From Longimicrobiales bacterium (lineage in GTDB: Bacteria > Gemmatimonadota > Gemmatimonadetes > Longimicrobiales > Gaopeijiaceae): DNA of 64,000 nucleotides. Below are positions 18,595-25,911 of this stretch, in pieces. A model generated the notes under the pieces. That model did not search any database and had not been told where the DNA came from. It saw nothing but the letters and a program-made list of their open reading frames with translations. Both the position numbers and the translations under genes were made by a program. The first letter of the stretch is position 1, and the number at the start of each line of letters is the position of its first letter. The stretch covers positions 544,001 through 608,000 of the forward strand of contig CBDFIQ010000002.1 in assembly GCA_965248195.1 (NCBI GenBank), given 5' to 3'.

Positions 18595-18686
18595 TTAATC
18601 CCGTAGAGTGTCCCATTGTCGTTGACAGGTTCCGTAACGGATTCACCCACTAAGGAACGGTATGTGCAACACTCGCCCTGCGTAAT

Positions 18687-18731
18687 TGGCGTTTTCGCCA
18701 CTGGCGTTTTCGCCACGGGCGTTTTCGCCAG
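18687..18731. repeat. 3 x 15-bp tandem repeat of a palindromic unit
   Basis: TGGCGTTTTCGCCAC / TGGCGTTTTCGCCAC / GGGCGTTTTCGCCAG. Confidence 0.95.
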
Positions 18732-18732
18732 G

Positions 18733-19035
18733 TTAGGCTGCGTCCGTGAAGCTGTCTGGGCTCGAGTGGTAGAGCTCGTTGAGCGCCTTCTGAGGAGGGA
18801 GTTTGCTATCCATCATATCCCGAATCCGCTCGGCATAATGACGGACGGTGCGGGGCGAAATCGTCTCATCGTCGTGGTGGCGATGTTTCAGTTGCGCCGC
18901 GGCCTTGGTGTACGACAAATGATCCCGGCCCACGAGCACAACGACCTCCCGCTCTCGTAGTGTGAGCCGAGTCTCGCGCTGCGCCATGGTTCTCAGCCGC
19001 CGCTTGCGTTCGATGGCGTCTGGTAGTTGAAGCAT
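18733..19035 (-). CDS. LuxR/sigma4-like HTH protein
   Basis: LTLREREVVVLV...SYTKAAAQL...ISPRTVRHY..RI; SD AAGGAGG. Confidence 0.75.
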   Translation of the reverse strand: MLQLPDAIERKRRLRTMAQRETRLTLREREVVVLVGRDHLSYTKAAAQLKHRHHDDETISPRTVRHYAERIRDMMDSKLPPQKALNELYHSSPDSFTDAA

Positions 19036-19562
19036 ACTACTGCGTCCTCCTTGTAGCGTTCTCCGATGCAGTTGAGGGTTTCGTCGTCGTAGAACTCCGA
19101 GCTATCTGGCCGGGCCACGCCGTTGATATGGGGCAGGGACCTCGGGCTCACGCCGAGCCACTCGCACAGCCTCGTGAAATCTCGTGTCAGGTGCTCGAAG
19201 CGGCCGACCCAATCGGCACCGCGTGCGAACTGGACCTGCGGAGCCGTCACGTCGAGGGCGTACCGCGTCCCCTTGTAAAGCGTCGGGGGCCGACCGCAGG
19301 GATGCAGCATTCCGCTGGCCACCCAGTCGCGAAATCCAGCGGGCGTGATCTCGCGCTTACGATGCATAAACGCGTAGATCGAGACGGCGCGGTCCCACGG
19401 GTCTCTCACGAATGTGAAAACCTGGAGAGCCGCTCGGCGTCGGCTCCGGAGCTCGGCCAGCGTGAGGTGGATCTCGTGCATCGAAAGGCCGAGAGCCGCC
19501 CGCACGGCCTGACCGCCGGTACGGGGGACGTGAGCGAACACGGCCGACCTCACTTCTTCCAC
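18993..19562 (-). CDS. Sulfotransferase family 2 protein
   Basis: FAHVPRTGG (5'-PSB-like), FTFVRDPWDRAVS.Y (3'-PB-like), VGRFEHL..DF, LPHIN, YKED...FNY. Confidence 0.85.
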   Translation of the reverse strand: MEEVRSAVFAHVPRTGGQAVRAALGLSMHEIHLTLAELRSRRRAALQVFTFVRDPWDRAVSIYAFMHRKREITPAGFRDWVASGMLHPCGRPPTLYKGTRYALDVTAPQVQFARGADWVGRFEHLTRDFTRLCEWLGVSPRSLPHINGVARPDSSEFYDDETLNCIGERYKEDAVVCFNYQTPSNASGG

Positions 19563-21448
19563 CCCGTGGCCCAGTTCTTTTTACGAGGGGGTGCCGGACG
19601 TGCGACCGCCGTCTCGTCGGCGCCCTCCTCGATGGGCTCCCGCAAGTCGTCGGCCATCTTGCCGAGCCGGTTCACCAACGGGTCGCCCAGCGCGTAGAGC
19701 GCCGCGAGCGCATAGACCTCGAGGTCGATCGCCTCGTTTCGGTCGCGGTTCTGGACGAACGCGTAGACGAACTTCCTACCCTGGCGGACTTTCTTGCGGG
19801 TCTCAGCACCGAATTGGGCGAAATACTCCGCGTCCGCGCCCGTCTTCGTCGGCCCACAAAAGTGCATGTAGCCGGGTCCGCCGGGCTCCTCGCGGGAAGC
19901 GGTCAGAGCGAGCCGGCGGAAGATGATCGTCTTAAAGGCATGAGTGTTGATCGTCCAGGGTTTCACGCGAAACCGGTTCGGGCGCTTCGCACGTTGGAGC
20001 GCTTCCCGGACCCGGGAGTCCGCACCCTTCGACGCGTAGATACCCCGGCCTTCCTTGCCACGGATGAACCGGAACACGCGATCCTGCAAATAACCGGAGT
20101 CGATCATAGTCGCGCGAATCCGGAGATCACGGCCGGACTCGTGACGGTACGTCTTCGTGAGCATGTGCTCGAGTTCCTGCCATACCTCGTCCTGCTCCGG
20201 ATCGCCATGCAGTCGCTCGTGGGTAATCAGCCACGACTCTTCGCGGTCGCCCCAGCCCTTCACGGCCACCTCGAGCCGGTCGTCCTGGACGTCGACGGAC
20301 GCGGTGAGGACGCCGACGCCGTTCGGGATCTCGGCCGGGTACTTCTTCGCCGTACTCGCCAACTCGGTCGGCTCGAACGCCTGGTCGCGCTCCTCCCACG
20401 GCTCGCCGAGCTGCAGGTTGATGAACGTCTTCAACTCTTCCGGGCTGCGCTTCTTCTCGAGCCACAGCGCCGCGAGCTCCGCCCACGTCACCCACGGCGA
20501 ATACAGCGCTGAGATGTGGAAGCCGGCGAAGAGGCCCTTGGGGTTCGTCGTGCGCCACTCACCGTCTTCGAGCATCCGGCGCTTCGCCGTCTCGTCTATG
20601 ATCGCTCCGCAATCCTTGCACACGTAGCAGGCCGTCTCGGGGCGGTACACTTTCTCGCCGTCGACCTCGTCACTCTCCCACGTCACGTTCTTCCAGACGA
20701 GGATCTGACGGTGGTCGCAATGTGGGCACGGCACGAAGTACCGCCTCCTATCCGACGCGAGCCACTCCGGCCATATGCGGCTCGTCTCGAGGTCGCCAGG
20801 CGAAGAGACGAGCAAGACCTTGCGGTTCCAGAAGTTGCGGGTGCGCTGGATGCCGAGGCTCAACGGGTCGCCCTCCGTGCCGGCCGAAGCCGGGTAGCGG
20901 TCGATCTCGTCGCCAAGGAAATCGCGGATCGGATCCGACGACAGATCGGCCGCCGAGTTCGCGCCTACGATCGTCAGGAGGCCGCCCGGGTAAGTCTTCT
21001 GGAGCGTCGTGTTGCCCGAGTCGCGGGTCCTCGCGTCCGCCACCTTACCGCGCAGTGCCTTCGAGTCGCGGAGCATCGGAGCCAGCCGCGTCTTGCTCCA
21101 TCCCTGCGCCTTCTTGAGCGTCGGCTGTACCACCATCGTCGGGCCCGGGTCCTTGTGGATCCGCGAGCCCAGGTAGTTCATCACGACCTCGGTCTTGCCA
21201 ACCTGCGAAGCCGAAGCCCACACGACCTTCCGCACCAACGGATCTCCGAGCGTGTTCATGATCTCGCGCAGGTACGGAGCACGGCTCGTGCGCCATGGCC
21301 CCGGCTCTGGACACGACTCAGGCGAGAGGACGCGGTACCGGTCCGCCCATTCGGAGACCGTCATCCGGACTGGCGGCTGGATCCGCGCACGCATCTCCTC
21401 GGCGGCGGCGGAATGTGCTCGGGCCCTGGAGTCGGCGACGACGCTCAT
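19550..21448 (-). CDS. Terminase large subunit, lambda GpA family
   Basis: VSEWADRYR, ASQVGKTE (Walker A), DEIDRYP...EGDP, VPCPHC, FINLQLGEPW, VDVQDDR, IDSG, RNEAIDL.VY. Confidence 0.96.
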   Translation of the reverse strand: MSVVADSRARAHSAAAEEMRARIQPPVRMTVSEWADRYRVLSPESCPEPGPWRTSRAPYLREIMNTLGDPLVRKVVWASASQVGKTEVVMNYLGSRIHKDPGPTMVVQPTLKKAQGWSKTRLAPMLRDSKALRGKVADARTRDSGNTTLQKTYPGGLLTIVGANSAADLSSDPIRDFLGDEIDRYPASAGTEGDPLSLGIQRTRNFWNRKVLLVSSPGDLETSRIWPEWLASDRRRYFVPCPHCDHRQILVWKNVTWESDEVDGEKVYRPETACYVCKDCGAIIDETAKRRMLEDGEWRTTNPKGLFAGFHISALYSPWVTWAELAALWLEKKRSPEELKTFINLQLGEPWEERDQAFEPTELASTAKKYPAEIPNGVGVLTASVDVQDDRLEVAVKGWGDREESWLITHERLHGDPEQDEVWQELEHMLTKTYRHESGRDLRIRATMIDSGYLQDRVFRFIRGKEGRGIYASKGADSRVREALQRAKRPNRFRVKPWTINTHAFKTIIFRRLALTASREEPGGPGYMHFCGPTKTGADAEYFAQFGAETRKKVRQGRKFVYAFVQNRDRNEAIDLEVYALAALYALGDPLVNRLGKMADDLREPIEEGADETAVARPAPPRKKNWATGWKK

Positions 21449-22092
21449 GCGGCTGGCTCCACCTGATCCACGATGCGCTTGGCCAGCTTGGGCCCGATGC
21501 CCCTCACCTGCGTCACGTCATCGAGCGCCCCGAGATCGATGAACGTATGGATCCCCGCGGCGACCAGCGCGCGGTAGCCCGGAAAGTCCTCGGGCAGCGG
21601 CTCTGCGACAGTTCCCTCGAGCTCAATGGAGTCGGCTACGCTCGCCATATCCCGGAGGAGCTCCTCGCTGCAAGTTCGCATCGCTTCGGTGCCCTCGGCC
21701 GGTGACGTGATACCCACCATCCGGGGTCCCCACGACCCCGGCACCGAGAGTAACGCCGCTCGGAACGCATCTGCTATCTTCCCGACAACCGTTCGATGGT
21801 CACCGATGTCGATGAGCTCGCCCTCCGCTTTGGCCACTTCGAGCTGCCGGCGCCTGACCTCGAGTCGCTCCTTTTCCAGCCGGGCCCGGTCGAGATCCGA
21901 CTCTTCGTGGCTGATCTGCTTCCGAACTTCTCGGATGTACCACGGCACGACCTCCTCCAAATCGTAGATCCGGCCTCGACCGTTCGCCGCCGGCCGTGAA
22001 GGGATCATCCTCGCCTCGTCCAGATTGCGAATCTGGCGAGTTGTGAGACCGAGAACGGTCGCCGCAGCCCTCTGGTTCACTTCTAAGGGCAC
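21445..22092 (-). CDS. Terminase small subunit (Nu1-like) with extra C-terminal HhH-like domain
   Basis: N-terminal wHTH (VNQRAAATVLGLTTRQIRNL...YDLEEVVPWY), coiled coil LE.AKAEGELI; directly upstream of terL. Confidence 0.88.
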   Translation of the reverse strand: MPLEVNQRAAATVLGLTTRQIRNLDEARMIPSRPAANGRGRIYDLEEVVPWYIREVRKQISHEESDLDRARLEKERLEVRRRQLEVAKAEGELIDIGDHRTVVGKIADAFRAALLSVPGSWGPRMVGITSPAEGTEAMRTCSEELLRDMASVADSIELEGTVAEPLPEDFPGYRALVAAGIHTFIDLGALDDVTQVRGIGPKLAKRIVDQVEPAA

Positions 22093-22139
22093 CGGAAACG
22101 GATGTGCATTGTTTCAGATCCTGTCGCTAAAGAAATTCG

Positions 22140-22185
22140 GTAGTCGTGCGAAACCCACCGGGCACACTCCCGGGAAGGACCCGCT
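22140..22185 (-). other. Putative cos packaging region with cosQ-like heptamer
   Basis: Minus strand reads GGGTCCTTCCCGG...GGGTTTCGC just upstream of terS; GGGTCCT (22176-22182) equals lambda cosQ. Confidence 0.6.
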
Positions 22186-22189
22186 CCCA

Positions 22190-22825
22190 TCATCGGATCC
22201 CAATCGCCCGATCGAACGCACGCGTGAAGTTGGCCGCCCATACGTCGCGGACCGTGGAGCGTGCTGTCACCTCGAACTTCAACTCGGGATCGATCGACAC
22301 CCGCGGCACGAGCTGGTAGAGCGCGAAGATGTCACCATTGATGCGCTGGAAGATCGTTCCGCGTCCCCCAGGCCGGCGGATCAGGAAAGCTCGTCGGCCG
22401 CGGCGGCGCTGACGGGCCTTCTCCAAGAGTGACCGGGGCCTCCATCGCTTTGGGATGATCCCCGTACCAGTCCGTGGGACATTCTCGGTCGGAACGGCGA
22501 TTGAGCGCCCACGGAACGGCCTCTTCGATGTGTCGGTCTCGAACTTGGTGAAGATGTGCGAGCGACCCCTGGGACTATCGACACGGACGGTCGCCTCTGG
22601 CTTCGTTTTCGTAGTGAAGTCGCCCCGCCTGATCTTGATGCTCCGCTCGGCGAACGATCTCCTCCGGATCGTGAAGATGTCGTGGAGGCGGGAGCGCTCA
22701 CGCTTCTGGAATTCGAGAGCGGTCCAGTTGATGGCCAACGACGTAGCGAACGGTAGCTGGTCGCTCTCCACGGTACGCAGGAATACGCCCACCTCGCTGT
22801 CGCGGATGTCGACCTCGATTCTCAT
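22190..22825 (-). CDS. Basic phage protein, gpZ/minor-tail-like
   Basis: QLPFATSLAINWTA N-terminal motif, very Arg-rich, F...FDRAI end. Confidence 0.55.
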   Translation of the reverse strand: MRIEVDIRDSEVGVFLRTVESDQLPFATSLAINWTALEFQKRERSRLHDIFTIRRRSFAERSIKIRRGDFTTKTKPEATVRVDSPRGRSHIFTKFETDTSKRPFRGRSIAVPTENVPRTGTGIIPKRWRPRSLLEKARQRRRGRRAFLIRRPGGRGTIFQRINGDIFALYQLVPRVSIDPELKFEVTARSTVRDVWAANFTRAFDRAIGIR

Positions 22826-22846
22826 GAGAGCCTCCTGAGCACCTCG

Positions 22847-23344
22847 TCAGCCATCCGCGGGTATCCCCAACTGGAGCAAGCGACGCTTTTCTTGCGCAGC
22901 GACCATGTGGGTCGCCGCCGAGTCCCGAAGGGCTCTCGTGTATTCCCGGGTGAACAGTTCATACGCCTTCGCTGGATTGCGGCTGTAGGTCTGTTCCTTG
23001 AACGACAGCGGACCACCAAGCCTACCCACGGCCTGCCTAGCCTCCTCGGAGAGCGCGTCCCATGCCTCAACCCAACCATCCGGGACGTGTGGCGGTGTGT
23101 ATCGCTGGATGAGGCCGACGACCTGGTCCCACTCTCGCCCGGATCTAGCCTCGAGGAACTTCACCGGTGGAGGGAAGAACTCGGCCGAACTCCACACGCT
23201 CATCGCTGCCTCGTGGAACTCCTCCGTCGTGAGACGTGGGCCGAGGAAGCGGTAGTACATCGCGAGCTGCTCAGTGCCGGGCGGTCTGGCGCAGCGCTCG
23301 CTAATCGCGCTCATCGCCTTCTTGAAGTGCTCCCAATCGATCAC
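22847..23344 (-). CDS. Putative helicase loader/inhibitor (G39P/DUF6475-like)
   Basis: F.KAM.AI...YYRFL..LT.EEF..A......FFP.P..F...AVGRLGG; GTGA-coupled to the replication initiator. Confidence 0.65.
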   Translation of the reverse strand: MIDWEHFKKAMSAISERCARPPGTEQLAMYYRFLGPRLTTEEFHEAAMSVWSSAEFFPPPVKFLEARSGREWDQVVGLIQRYTPPHVPDGWVEAWDALSEEARQAVGRLGGPLSFKEQTYSRNPAKAYELFTREYTRALRDSAATHMVAAQEKRRLLQLGIPADG

Positions 23345-24252
23345 AGGCCAGTTTGCCTCTTGAGTGCGTTGTCCATGTCTTGGTCGAATTTCTCGGCGTC
23401 GAACCCGGTAGGGCCTCGTTGTCCACCAGCCTTCGGCGGTCGTTCGTAAGATTGCTGGATCCGGATGTGGAGCTTCGTTCGCAGGTTCCGGATGTCACCG
23501 ATGGAGTTTTTCATGCTCCCCTCGTCCTGGCCGAGCAACTCGTTGAACGCGGTCGCCAACAGTCCAGACTGCTCGTCGGGTGGTACGTGTGATCCGTCGG
23601 GTGTTCTCCAGGGCGTCTGGTCGAGGCCATTCCGCCAGCCGGCCAGGGTCTGGACATAGCCGACCTGTCGTGACTTGGGCACGCTCTGGGTGAGGTAACT
23701 ACGGAGGCTCCCCCGGCAGCCAGTGAAGAGTTCGTCGTAGGTCTCGAGTAGCGCCTCGATAGCGTGTGGAAGTTTCACGTCGCGTGCGCCCGCGTCTTCT
23801 TCTTCGTCTTCGTCTTTCTTCGTCCTACTACTACTACGCAGGCTTTGGTCCGCATGTGTGCCGGGTAGAGAGCCTGTATGGTCCGCAAACTCACTTTGCT
23901 GGTCCGCACCTGTGCGGTGTAAAGCTTTAGCCCGTATCTCTGCGGTGTATAATTCGGCCTTTAGTCCGCAAATATCCGGTGTAGAACGGCTCCCACACCA
24001 CTCGAAGACTGGTGAGCCACGTCCTCCTGGACTCTTTGTCACGTAACCGTGGACCTCGAGGAGGCGGACGTGACGGGCAATCGTGTCACCACTCGGAGCG
24101 CCGTGGAGGATGCCGGCGAACTCGTCGTAGGGGATGGCTACGGGCTCCTCTTGGGAAGCCGTCGCTGCAACATGGACACCGATGATACGGGCCGTGTCGG
24201 TGAGGCGCGCATCGTAAAGGAGCTCCGCCAAGGTGGGCTGGGCTTCGGTCAA
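23341..24252 (-). CDS. Phage replication initiator (N-terminal wHTH, internal iterons)
   Basis: LLYDARLTDTARII...TIARHVRLLEVHGYV wHTH, repeat-containing linker, acidic KDEDEEED stretch; start re-assigned to TTG 24252 behind AAGGGGG (ORF-track start 24969 overlaps plus-strand genes). Confidence 0.7.
   Translation of the reverse strand: MTEAQPTLAELLYDARLTDTARIIGVHVAATASQEEPVAIPYDEFAGILHGAPSGDTIARHVRLLEVHGYVTKSPGGRGSPVFEWCGSRSTPDICGLKAELYTAEIRAKALHRTGADQQSEFADHTGSLPGTHADQSLRSSSRTKKDEDEEEDAGARDVKLPHAIEALLETYDELFTGCRGSLRSYLTQSVPKSRQVGYVQTLAGWRNGLDQTPWRTPDGSHVPPDEQSGLLATAFNELLGQDEGSMKNSIGDIRNLRTKLHIRIQQSYERPPKAGGQRGPTGFDAEKFDQDMDNALKRQTGL
23846..23983. repeat. Iteron-like repeats (putative phage origin)
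   Basis: TGGTCCGCA at 23846, 23879, 23900, AGTCCGCA at 23963; TGCGGTGTA at 23913, 23941, TCCGGTGTA at 23975. Confidence 0.65.
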
Positions 24253-24299
24253 GGAGCCCCCCTTTTGCAGCCTTCTGAGACCACAGAACAGCCCACAGT

Positions 24300-24405
24300 C
24301 GGGTTCCACGCGATCCTCGCCGAGTACCCCGACGAAGAAGCCGTCCACGTGATCGCCGGTCGGAGGAAAGGCAAGGACTGGTACCGGGATGGGCGGGTCA
24401 TTTGA
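24300..24405 (+). pseudogene. 3' remnant of a paralog of 27309-27584
   Basis: AILAEYPDEEAVHV...WYRDG aligns with GVFAAFPNEKAVWV...WYREG; both end in TTGACCCGC. Confidence 0.6.
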
Positions 24406-24471
24406 CCCGCACGCACCCGGGTGGCGTGCGGCGATGACCACAACAACTACCTTAGACAGGAAGGCAGACCA

Positions 24472-24684
24472 ATGACGGAGGCTACGATGGACCTGATCGG
24501 GAAAGAGGCTCTGGCGGTAGTGATCGAGGCGATCGCCATCGGCGGCAGGAACGCGGAGGAGGCGGCCGAGAAACTCTGGCCTGCCTTCAAGGGAGCCGTG
24601 GCGGGAGCGCTGGAGGAGCTCGACGACGATCAGGCCGAGGGCATTGCGAACTGGCGCGAAGAGCGCCACGCCGACAAGGGATGA
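24472..24684 (+). CDS. Small hypothetical protein (cassette gene 2, copy 1)
   Basis: Paralog of 27657-27881 (AE..WP.F..AV..A..EL.....EG...WR..RH); true start may be the second Met behind GGAGG. Confidence 0.75.
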   Translation: MTEATMDLIGKEALAVVIEAIAIGGRNAEEAAEKLWPAFKGAVAGALEELDDDQAEGIANWREERHADKG

Positions 24685-24890
24685 GCACCAGCCAGAAGAC
24701 CCAGGCCGAACAAATGGACTTGCTCCGCGTGAGGATCGCCCAGTCGGAACTCTCGGCTCGGCGGTTCGCGGTGGACGTGCTCCATCGAGACGAGCGGACG
24801 ATGAGACGCTGGCTCTCTGGAGAGTCGCCGATCCCAGCCGTTGTGCTTGACTGGCTCGAGTATCCCGAAAAAGCGCCCTGGCCGTTGTAG
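24681..24890 (+). CDS. XRE/Cro-like HTH protein (cassette gene 3, copy 1)
   Basis: LSARRFAVDVLHRDERTMRRWLSGESPIP; ATGA-coupled; paralog of 27878-28087. Confidence 0.8.
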   Translation: MSTSQKTQAEQMDLLRVRIAQSELSARRFAVDVLHRDERTMRRWLSGESPIPAVVLDWLEYPEKAPWPL

Positions 24891-24926
24891 TTCTCCGGCG
24901 CGTGACCACATCTATACCTGGGAACA

Positions 24927-25154
24927 TCACTTCCGCAGTCTCATTCCGGGCCCCTCCGGCTCCTGCCACTCGCCACTCTCCAGCAGCTCCAGCGCCCGCC
25001 TGGCGATCGCTTCGAAATGCCTGGTACGGTGCCTGAGATCCCGTATCGCTTCTAGCCAGTCCATCAGCTCGTCATGCCTCCCGTGCGGACAGCCCGTCAG
25101 CAGCTGCCGCGCTATACGCTCTAGCTCGCGTGGCACCAGAGGCTGATGGCTCAT
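24927..25154 (-). CDS. Phage hypothetical protein
   Basis: 75-aa helical ORF with SD GGGAG, co-oriented with early genes. Confidence 0.55.
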   Translation of the reverse strand: MSHQPLVPRELERIARQLLTGCPHGRHDELMDWLEAIRDLRHRTRHFEAIARRALELLESGEWQEPEGPGMRLRK

Positions 25155-25178
25155 TCACTCGCTCCCCTTCGGTTCATA

Positions 25179-25802
25179 TCACAGAGCCCCCAAGAGCCTT
25201 GCAGCGTCAGCGACCATTGAGAACTCCTCGTCGGTCCCCCCATAGTCCGGATGCGTTCGCTTCGCTGCCTTGCGGTACGCGGCTTTCGGATCGGCCTGCA
25301 CGTCCTCCAATGAGAGCCCCGACACACGAACCAATACCGACTCCGGACTCTCCGCGGACGTCTTCGCCGGGATCTGTAGCCAGCCCGTGTACTGCTGGCC
25401 GGTCTTCGTGATTCCGTACCGTTCGAGCCGGCGGAGATCCTCGAGGCCCTTGGCGATGGCCCTGAGGTTCCCCTTCCACTCTGTGAAAGTGTCGCACGGG
25501 TACGAAAGCGGGCCGTGCTTCGAATCGAACGAGAGGATGATGCCCGGATGCTCCGGCGAGGCCGTCGCCTTGATCCAGCCGTCTTTGCGGATGTGGCGAC
25601 GCTCGACGGCCATCTGCAGCACGACGCTCTCGGCGTCGAGTTGCCCGAGCTCCTGATCCAGCAGAGACATTGTGGCGTCCCAGTCTACGCCCTGGACGGT
25701 GCTGCCCCTCCATCGGTCGCTCTGCTTCCGAAACGGATGCTGCCGGCGCTCCCCCGTCATCGGGCCCGGCCATCGCTCGATCGGTACAACTTTCCAGTCC
25801 AT
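25179..25802 (-). CDS. Phage J-domain-containing protein
   Basis: C-terminal KAAYRKAAKRTHPDYGG..EEF (HPD motif); N-terminal PCD.F..W..NLRAIA..LE.LR..ERYG...QY.GW. Confidence 0.85.
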   Translation of the reverse strand: MDWKVVPIERWPGPMTGERRQHPFRKQSDRWRGSTVQGVDWDATMSLLDQELGQLDAESVVLQMAVERRHIRKDGWIKATASPEHPGIILSFDSKHGPLSYPCDTFTEWKGNLRAIAKGLEDLRRLERYGITKTGQQYTGWLQIPAKTSAESPESVLVRVSGLSLEDVQADPKAAYRKAAKRTHPDYGGTDEEFSMVADAARLLGAL

Positions 25803-25911
25803 TAGACTCCCTTTTGTTTAGTTGGGTCGACGCTTCCCGCGGCGCTCCCCCATCCGACCGGGTGCCGTCGCTTCTCGTCTCGAGCCACCTTCTCTCTCTC
25901 AACTGGCCGAC

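Larger units (their letters stand above)
17075..18627 (+). mobile_element. IS3-family insertion sequence
   Basis: TG...CA termini with IRs TGCCAACGTACGTGAGACAC / GTGTCCCATTGTCGTTGACA; orfA + orfB. Confidence 0.92.

Noticed and set aside
18687..18731. CRISPR or mini-array interpretation of the palindromic repeats
   Set aside because: Units are 15 bp and contiguous with no spacers; no cas genes in the window.
24253..24969. N-terminal 239 aa of the 542-aa ORF as part of the replication protein
   Set aside because: It lies antisense to credible paralogous plus-strand genes and reads like shadow sequence; a TTG start with SD exists at 24252.
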